In this document: positions 50,022 through 57,220 of the stretch, in pieces
How positions within the stretch are numbered: the stretch's first letter is position 1
How the letters are laid out: each line of letters starts with the position of its first letter
Origin: Actinomycetota bacterium
Lineage (GTDB): Bacteria; Actinomycetota; Actinomycetes; Actinomycetales; Microbacteriaceae
Direction of reading: 5' to 3'
Assembly: GCA_009704945.1 (NCBI GenBank)
Contig: WLDG01000004.1
Coordinates: 6,974 to 70,973 of the forward strand
Length of the DNA: 64,000 nt
Notes under the pieces: model-generated
The model's input: the letters and a program-made list of their open reading frames with translations, nothing else
Databases searched by the model: none
Told to the model about the DNA's origin: nothing
Program-made: the position numbers and the translations under genes

Positions 50022-52721
50022 ATGTCCAAAAACATGACTCGTAAGGGTCTTGCTGTTGGTGCAGGTCTAGGACTTGTCTCATCATTGCTGGTAGGTACTG
50101 CACCTGCTTTCGCAAACGAGACCCTAGCTCTGTCCCCAACTTCAGGTACTTCTTACAAGGTTCTCACTACTACCGACTTCGACTTAACTGTCGGATTTGC
50201 TGGTAACGAGAGCTCACAGGCTGTTGACACAGTCAAGTACCTAATCTCCAATCCATCAGGTGCCACAATGGCATTCGATGTGATTGCGAATGGTTCTGCT
50301 GCTGGCACCGTCTTTGACCGCGTGCCTGGCTCAACCACTGACGCTGCGGCTACCGCTACTTCTGTTGTTGTTGGAGACGGCACCGCAGACGTAATCGGAG
50401 CTCGAAGCGGAATCAATGTCTCCATTACTCCTGTCGAAGCAACAAGCGCCAACATCACTGTTCGGGCTTTCTTGGACATTAATGGCAATGACAGCATGGA
50501 TGATAACGAAGCTCGTTCACCGGCTCGCACGATTGAATTCATCGATCACGCGATTTGGACTGGTCGCGCCGTGCTTGACACCGCTGTCGTTGGTGGAACC
50601 ACCTTGTCGGCCTACGTTCTGCTTGACGGAATCAACTACCACCAGCTGGACTCAAACGACGTACAGGTTGAATTCTTTAGGGACAATGTCGCCATTGCTT
50701 CTCCTCCTGCCGGTGAAACTAGCCCTGCAGTGACAGGTGGCACGGCTACCGTTGCACAGAGAACCAACCCGAATATTGCGGTTTGGTCAAGTGCAGATGG
50801 TGAACTTCGAGCTACTCTTACACCAGATTCGAACACTGTTGTAGACGCCGTTATGGCAACTGTTGCTAACGTATCGACCTCTGTTTACTCAGCAAGAGTT
50901 CGTCTTTACGATGGAACTGCTTGGCAGGTAGTGGCAAACTCGACCAATGGAGTAACACCAACCTCTGGTCAGATTTCGGCTCTAGCTGCAATCACTGAGA
51001 CTGCAAGCGTATCTACTGATGGATCTGACAACATTCGCGTTGGAGCTGGAACATTTACTTCCAGAACTACCGCAACTGTTAACGCTGGATTCGCTCTAGC
51101 CGGTCAGGCAGTTACTTTCACCATCTCTGAAGCGAGCGCGAACTCAATCGCAACTGCAGCTTCTATTACCGCTGGTGGAAAGACTCTAACCAACTCAAAC
51201 ATTGCAAGCACTCAGAGAATCACAGTAGACGTGGTTACTAACGCTCTAGGCCGTGCAAGCGTTGATATCTCTTACACAGGTATCGCTGCTGGCAACACCT
51301 TCACCGTTACCGCATCTGCCTTGAACACAAATGCTGCAGTTACTACTTCGGCAGTAACTTACACAGCAGTTCTGTCTGACGTTGCTTTTGCACAGTCAAA
51401 CGTAAAGGCCGGATCACTACAGACCGTAGTAGGCCAGTCCTTCTCTGTGACTTGGAACATTGTGGACACCTTTGGTCAAGTACCGGTCGGAACATACAGA
51501 CTGGTATTGGGCGAGAACTCCTCTTCCGCAAACTATGCACAAACAATCAACTTCGTGAATGGTGCTGCAACGCTGACTCAGACTGAGAACAGCACTGCTG
51601 CAAACACCTACACACTAAGTGCGGCTGTTGAGCAGCAGAATGCAGATGGAAGCTGGGATGCTACGCCAAGTGCTGGAGATGCAGCCGTTGCAGCCAACGT
51701 CACAGTTCAGGCCTACACAGCTGACCCAACAGTAACAACCGTCACTGTTTCGGCTTCGGCTACTGGTATTGGTGCAGCTGCTGACTTGGCACTAGAACTC
51801 GACTCCACCTACTCAGGTGACAGAGATCTACTGCGTAACTCAGTTGCTTTCCCAACCCTGGTTGATGTGTCAACTCTTACCTACACAGTAAGAAGCAGCA
51901 CTGGAGAAGCCCTTGTTGGTGAGCCAATTACTGTCTCAGCTGCAGGCCTACAGTTCGCTGCAGAGTCTGACACCTGGTTCGGAGTAGGTTCCATCGCTGG
52001 AACTACGAACGCAAGCGGACAGTTCGTTGTAAAGGTCTACAGCAACCTTGCTGGTTCACAGACCGTTACTGCAACTGCTGGTGGAGTATCCAGAACTCAA
52101 GAGCTGGTATTCCAGCAGGCTAAGGACGACACTGGTTTCACACTAACCCTGTCAGCCCCTACCAACGCTCCAAAGGGAAGCACCTTCAAGGTGACTGCAA
52201 CTTTGAGAGATGAGTTTGGAAACCTAGTAACCACAAGCTCAACTGCAACCAACTTCAACGATGGAACAACTGCACCGACCTTCAACATGACCTACACCGG
52301 TCCTGGTCTGATTGTTGGCGCTCTTCCAACCGCGACTGTAAATGGTCTAGCTGAGTTCAGCGTTCTATTGGGAGCAAACGACACCGGCTCAATCTCTGTC
52401 ACAGCAAGCTATGACGCTGATGGAACTGGCACTGCCTCAGCAGCAGTGGCCGCCAGCGCGTCCGTAGCTGTTGGTTCAGCTCCTGTTTCCACCACTGGCA
52501 AGGTCAACGTTGGATCCTTCAACGGCAAGCTAGTTGTTTACGCAGCTAACTTGAATGGCGCACGTATCTCTTGGAAGGTCGGCGGAAACTGGGGAACTGG
52601 AGTTGCTTCAAGCAACTACAGCATCTTCAACCGTCCAACCCCACGAGCTGGTGCAACAGTATCTGTTGACATCTACGTCAATGGTGTGAAGACACTAACC
52701 AAGTCTGTAGTTACTCGATAA
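50022..52721 (+). CDS. S-layer-like large secreted protein 2 (899 aa)
   Basis: Same N-terminus (MSKNMTRKGLA) and C-terminal domain as copies 1 and 3. Confidence 0.85.
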   Translation: MSKNMTRKGLAVGAGLGLVSSLLVGTAPAFANETLALSPTSGTSYKVLTTTDFDLTVGFAGNESSQAVDTVKYLISNPSGATMAFDVIANGSAAGTVFDRVPGSTTDAAATATSVVVGDGTADVIGARSGINVSITPVEATSANITVRAFLDINGNDSMDDNEARSPARTIEFIDHAIWTGRAVLDTAVVGGTTLSAYVLLDGINYHQLDSNDVQVEFFRDNVAIASPPAGETSPAVTGGTATVAQRTNPNIAVWSSADGELRATLTPDSNTVVDAVMATVANVSTSVYSARVRLYDGTAWQVVANSTNGVTPTSGQISALAAITETASVSTDGSDNIRVGAGTFTSRTTATVNAGFALAGQAVTFTISEASANSIATAASITAGGKTLTNSNIASTQRITVDVVTNALGRASVDISYTGIAAGNTFTVTASALNTNAAVTTSAVTYTAVLSDVAFAQSNVKAGSLQTVVGQSFSVTWNIVDTFGQVPVGTYRLVLGENSSSANYAQTINFVNGAATLTQTENSTAANTYTLSAAVEQQNADGSWDATPSAGDAAVAANVTVQAYTADPTVTTVTVSASATGIGAAADLALELDSTYSGDRDLLRNSVAFPTLVDVSTLTYTVRSSTGEALVGEPITVSAAGLQFAAESDTWFGVGSIAGTTNASGQFVVKVYSNLAGSQTVTATAGGVSRTQELVFQQAKDDTGFTLTLSAPTNAPKGSTFKVTATLRDEFGNLVTTSSTATNFNDGTTAPTFNMTYTGPGLIVGALPTATVNGLAEFSVLLGANDTGSISVTASYDADGTGTASAAVAASASVAVGSAPVSTTGKVNVGSFNGKLVVYAANLNGARISWKVGGNWGTGVASSNYSIFNRPTPRAGATVSVDIYVNGVKTLTKSVVTR

Positions 52722-52737
52722 CTAACAAGCTAAAACC

Positions 52738-52769
52738 ACTAAACCCCCAGGGAAACCTGGGGGTTTAGT
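52738..52769. terminator. Terminator between convergent genes
   Basis: ACTAAACCCCCAGG-GAAA-CCTGGGGGTTTAGT. Confidence 0.85.
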
Positions 52770-52780
52770 CATTTAATGAT

Positions 52781-53482
52781 TTAGGCGACTTCTTCTGTGA
52801 AGACGGATTGAGGGAGTAGGCCGGTTGCTTTGGCCTTTGCTACAGCTTGCTGTCTGGAGCCAACTCCTAGGATTCTGAATATCTTTACGCTCTCTTGCTT
52901 GATTGAGCTCTCAGAGAGGATTAGCTGCTGAGCGATTTGGGCATTAGTTTCACCCCTTGCCATGCCAACCAGGATCTCGTATTGACGATCGGTTAGCTGG
53001 CCTTCCTCTGGCTGAGCAGTTTCTCTAAAGAGGTTCTTCAGTCCCAGTGATTCAAGATATATGGCACCGGCGTTAGCGGCAGCGATGGTTGCTTGTTCCG
53101 AGAAGGGAACGATCTTTTCTTTAGGATCAGTGAGAGAGGTTGATGCTCCAACTGGCACATCACCTTTAATAAGAGGTAATACCCAGTTGACCAGTTCTCT
53201 GCCCTGGACTTCTCTTTTGCCGTGCCAGACAGTTCTGCTGTTGATGGCTTGGGAGAGTGGGTGGTCTTCAAATAGAGATAGCGAAGCATTTGGATCAAAT
53301 GCTTCAAGACCATAGGAACCAACCAGTTGCAGGGTTCCTCGGTTAGATAGTGCATAGAGCTGTGTGCCGAGCATTCCTCTTCCCAGTTCTGGGTCATGAG
53401 TTAGTCTGCGGCAGTAATCATTTGGATTAGTTGCTTGCGCATAAATTTGATTGATTCTGGCAATTCTTGCTAGATCATCCAT
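52781..53482 (-). CDS. LuxR-family HTH regulator with GAF-like N-terminal domain (2)
   Basis: HTH LTDRQYEILVGMARGETNAQIA...SESSIKQESVKIFRILGV; paralog of the 49057 gene. RBS AAGGGGGG before MDDL. Confidence 0.85.
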   Translation of the reverse strand: MDDLARIARINQIYAQATNPNDYCRRLTHDPELGRGMLGTQLYALSNRGTLQLVGSYGLEAFDPNASLSLFEDHPLSQAINSRTVWHGKREVQGRELVNWVLPLIKGDVPVGASTSLTDPKEKIVPFSEQATIAAANAGAIYLESLGLKNLFRETAQPEEGQLTDRQYEILVGMARGETNAQIAQQLILSESSIKQESVKIFRILGVGSRQQAVAKAKATGLLPQSVFTEEVA

Positions 53483-53600
53483 GCAATTCCCCCCTTGCAT
53501 TTCATTTACTCTCCTTCTCTCCGTTGAGCCGGTGAGTTTATTGCTACGGACAGTGTTTGGTTTTCAGTTGTCCACATTGTTCGTACAACCAAAGTATCGA

Positions 53601-53609
53601 GGGGGGGGG
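53601..53609. repeat. G9 homopolymer in the divergent luxR/surface-gene intergenic region
   Basis: ATCGA-G9-TCC. Confidence 0.8.
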
Positions 53610-53694
53610 TCCTTTATTGAGTACATTTTGTAGAACATTTGGATTGACCGTTTAGACCTAGTCAATCCTTGATAACTAACTACCACCCCCTCTG

Positions 53695-53803
53695 GTTACC
53701 TAACCCTGTAAGAGTGCGCTATCTCCTGCTTGGTTGGTGGTACCTCGCTCTTGCAGCCTGCCCTCAAAGAGGGTGGGTAAACCAAGAAAGAAAGACAAAA
53801 TAC
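53695..53803 (+). promoter_or_regulatory. Conserved structured upstream/leader element, copy 3
   Basis: CTTGGTT 53729-35 pairs with AACCAAG 53780-86; inner hairpin GCCTGCCCTC-AAA-GAGGGTGGGT. Confidence 0.7.
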
Positions 53804-56800
53804 ATGTCCAAAAACATGACTCGTAAGGGTCTTGCATTGGGTGTTGGAGCAGTTCTTGTCGCATCAACCTTTGGCGTAGCGCCTGCTAACGCTAACGGTC
53901 TAGCTGACAAGTCATTTGTTTCCCTTACACCACGTGTAGGAACCGAGTACACAGTTCTAATGGATCAGTACTTTGACCTAAGCGCGAATGTTGCCGATAC
54001 CCTAGCCGGTACCAGCGGTCGCGACCTTAAGTTCCTAGTCTCTGACCCACAGAGCAGAGTGTTTGTTGACCAGTCGCAGACTGACAGCGTGACTAGTTAC
54101 TCTGCAGCCGGCAGCACTCTAGCTTCAATTGGTGTGTCATCTACCACCGCTACTTTGACGGTCAGTGGAACTGCTGTCGCGGCGGGAGAAAAGCTGTTTG
54201 TATACGGAATGACTGGCCAGTCCGGAACCGACTTCAACGGCAAGGTATTCACACGCACCGCTGACACCACTGCCACATTGACCGTCACTGCTGGCACTGC
54301 AAATGCGACTGTTACCGGTGCGGTTGCAGAAAAGACCAACGGCCTGAACACTCGAGCTGCAATTCTTGCAAATGGGTCTCTAGGTGATGCTGACTTGTTT
54401 GAGTCTGCAACAATTCAGGACCAGGCAGGCAAGACTATGACTGCTGGCCGTGCGTCGGATGGCACATTTGTTGTTGACACCAACACAAACGCTAATGCCA
54501 ACAACCGCCTATTGCGTCTAGTTGCAAACACCACGTCAACCTACTCAGTGACAGTCACTGCATGGGTTGACTCAAACAACGACGGTCTGATCAATGACAC
54601 CGAATACACCTCACCTGCACGAACTGTTACGTTCGTGAAGGCTGGAGATGTAACCGCTGTTACCACTCTTTCCCCAATTGTTGGTGACGAAAACCTCGTT
54701 GCAAACATCACAACCACTCCAGTATTGAACGGAAACCAGGTATTGGCTCAGGATGGCGACTTCCTGAACGCTGCCTTTACTCGTTCCCTTTCGACCTCAA
54801 CTGTTTACTCAGCTGTTGACCTGGCATCAACCACTCAGAGCTCAGCTTGGAACGACACAACCAAGACCTGGACTGTGACTGCTAGCTTGGACGCTGATGC
54901 AGCTGGTGAGAGAAACACTGCTGATGGAAGCGTTGTTACCGACTCATGGGCTGGTATTGCTGCCCCTACTGCGTCAGGCATAACTGCTGTTTCAGTTTCA
55001 ACCACAGGTCTCGTAACTGTGACTGATGCTGCACACGGCTTGAGAACTGGCGACAGAGTTACTGTTGTAATCGACGCAGCCGATACATCTGTTGCTATCG
55101 CAGGTGAATCAGTTGCAAGGACGGTTACTGCAACTGGACCAGACACGTTCACGTACCAGGTGTCAGAAACAACTGGCTTCCCAACGTCTACGGCAACAGA
55201 TTCTTCAGTTGGTGGCAGCACCGCCTGGACTCTTGCGACTTACACAGGCCCACAGGGTCTAGCTGACCGCGTTGGTGCTGAGACCTACTCAGCTCAGGCT
55301 GTCATCCAGACTGGTGCTTCAACCTGGACCGCTATTTCAACCAAAGTTGAGACTGGCGTAACTTCTGCTGCAACTTCAAGCGCCGAGGTTTCGACCAAGG
55401 CTTCGACAGCTGTACAGGGCAAGGTCTACGATGACCAATCTGGAACAAATGCAGCTCAGGTACTCACTGGTACTAAGACTGTTGAAGTTACCTTCACAGC
55501 TCTTGATGCCGATGGTGATGCTCTAGGCGCAGGCCGTCCAATCGCTGTAACCCTGACCAGATCAGGAACTGTGGACACAGCCCGTGTCAACGGCAAGACC
55601 GCTGACACTGTTCTAACTGGTGCAAATGGAACCGCAACCGTAACCATCACAGCTGTGAATGGTGCCAAGGACATGGATCTACGTGTTCAGGGTGTTGTTG
55701 AGAACCGTGCAACTGTTTACATTGATCTACAGTGGCGCGATGCGTCGTTCGGTCTAGTTGACCTAGCGACCACCGCAGCATCTCTAAACACATCAGAGAC
55801 CCGTGCAATGGTAGAGCTTGGTTCGTACACCATGAACTTGGCTGTTATGGACCAGTGGTACAACGCACCAGCTGCGGGCGCCTACCGCCTGAAGCTAACC
55901 GGTGAAGGTGTAGCTGCACAGTTCGTTGCTCTAAACAATGGACGTGCAAACGTAACCGTTACTGACACTGGCGTGTTTGGTACTCAAGTTGCGACCGTAA
56001 TCGACCTAGAGAAGATGAGCGGCACCACAGTTACTGGAACTACCACTTACACAATCACTGCAGACCTAGCTAAGACCTACAGGGTCGTTTTGGGTGCTAA
56101 CGGTACGACTCTGTATGGAACTGAGGCAGATCTTTCTGATGCAGTTGCAAAGAAGGCACTACTTGAGCTGGACAAGCGCGTACAGGCTGGAGAGACTCCT
56201 GCTTATGCAAACGATGTTCTAATCAACGGACAGGTTGCTAACAACGCAACATCTGCAGGTCGTCAGGGTGCATTGGTAACCATTACTGGTCCATCAAACA
56301 TCCTGTTCTCGAACGGTGAGAAGGCTGCTCGCGGATCCTTGACATTCTTGTCAGGTTCTAACGGTAACTTCGAAGTAAAGCTGTACTCAACTGCCGCTCA
56401 GACTGACACAGTGATTACTGTTACCTCCAACGGTGCATCTTCAACCACCAAGGTAACCTTCACTGGTATCGGTGTTGGTGAAGGTACCAAGCTGGATGTC
56501 ACTGCACCTGCTAATGTTCGCCCAGCTTCAACCTTCCAGGTGAAGGCCAAGCTGTCTGACGCATTCGGCAATGGTGTTGAGGCAACTGCTGGTCGCGTAA
56601 AGGTCACCTACACCGGTCCTGGAATTGTCTTTGGCACCTTGCCAGACAAGACCGACAAGAACGGTGAACTAATGTTCTCCGTGCTTCTAGGTTCAAACGA
56701 CACTGGCAACGTAGTTGTCACTGTGTCTTATGACCAGAACGGTGACGCTGACTACGTTGACGCTAAGGACCTAAACACCACCAAGACCATCACTGTTGGT

Positions 56801-57046
56801 ACTGGTGCTGCAGCAGGTGCTGGCAAGGTTAACGTTGGCTCCTTCAACGGCAAGCTAGTTGTTTACGCAGCTGGTTTGAACGGCGCACGTATCTCTTGGA
56901 AGGTCGGCGGAAACTGGGGATCTGCAGTTGCTTCAAGCAACTACAGCATCTTCAACCGTCCAACCCCACGAGCTGGTGTGACTGTATCGGTTGACATCTA
57001 CGTCAACGGTGTTTCGACACTAACCAAGTCTGTAGTTACTCGATAA
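53804..57046 (+). CDS. S-layer-like large secreted protein 3 (1080 aa)
   Basis: Same N- and C-termini as copies 1 and 2. Confidence 0.85.
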   Translation: MSKNMTRKGLALGVGAVLVASTFGVAPANANGLADKSFVSLTPRVGTEYTVLMDQYFDLSANVADTLAGTSGRDLKFLVSDPQSRVFVDQSQTDSVTSYSAAGSTLASIGVSSTTATLTVSGTAVAAGEKLFVYGMTGQSGTDFNGKVFTRTADTTATLTVTAGTANATVTGAVAEKTNGLNTRAAILANGSLGDADLFESATIQDQAGKTMTAGRASDGTFVVDTNTNANANNRLLRLVANTTSTYSVTVTAWVDSNNDGLINDTEYTSPARTVTFVKAGDVTAVTTLSPIVGDENLVANITTTPVLNGNQVLAQDGDFLNAAFTRSLSTSTVYSAVDLASTTQSSAWNDTTKTWTVTASLDADAAGERNTADGSVVTDSWAGIAAPTASGITAVSVSTTGLVTVTDAAHGLRTGDRVTVVIDAADTSVAIAGESVARTVTATGPDTFTYQVSETTGFPTSTATDSSVGGSTAWTLATYTGPQGLADRVGAETYSAQAVIQTGASTWTAISTKVETGVTSAATSSAEVSTKASTAVQGKVYDDQSGTNAAQVLTGTKTVEVTFTALDADGDALGAGRPIAVTLTRSGTVDTARVNGKTADTVLTGANGTATVTITAVNGAKDMDLRVQGVVENRATVYIDLQWRDASFGLVDLATTAASLNTSETRAMVELGSYTMNLAVMDQWYNAPAAGAYRLKLTGEGVAAQFVALNNGRANVTVTDTGVFGTQVATVIDLEKMSGTTVTGTTTYTITADLAKTYRVVLGANGTTLYGTEADLSDAVAKKALLELDKRVQAGETPAYANDVLINGQVANNATSAGRQGALVTITGPSNILFSNGEKAARGSLTFLSGSNGNFEVKLYSTAAQTDTVITVTSNGASSTTKVTFTGIGVGEGTKLDVTAPANVRPASTFQVKAKLSDAFGNGVEATAGRVKVTYTGPGIVFGTLPDKTDKNGELMFSVLLGSNDTGNVVVTVSYDQNGDADYVDAKDLNTTKTITVGTGAAAGAGKVNVGSFNGKLVVYAAGLNGARISWKVGGNWGSAVASSNYSIFNRPTPRAGVTVSVDIYVNGVSTLTKSVVTR

Positions 57047-57060
57047 CTAAAGATCAAACT

Positions 57061-57092
57061 ACTAAGCCCCCAGGGAAACCTGGGGGCTTAGT
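57061..57092 (+). terminator. Terminator hairpin after surface gene 3
   Basis: ACTAAGCCCCCAGG-GAAA-CCTGGGGGCTTAGT. Confidence 0.85.
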
Positions 57093-57220
57093 CATTTGAG
57101 TGGATACTCTTTCGAATTCCTATAGTGCTTCTAACTGACTTTCGGTTTCCCGAAGGTTAGTTTCGGGTCTATGTCTTTGAGCAGGGGACAAAGGGCTCTT
57201 GTTGTACGATTGACCGTACA

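Noticed and set aside
31435-57046. Diversity-generating retroelement or invertase shufflon behind the paralog arrays
   Set aside because: No reverse transcriptase, no adenine-specific TR/VR pair and no recombinase are in the window. The cassettes are in direct, not inverted, orientation. A trans-acting enzyme elsewhere cannot be excluded.
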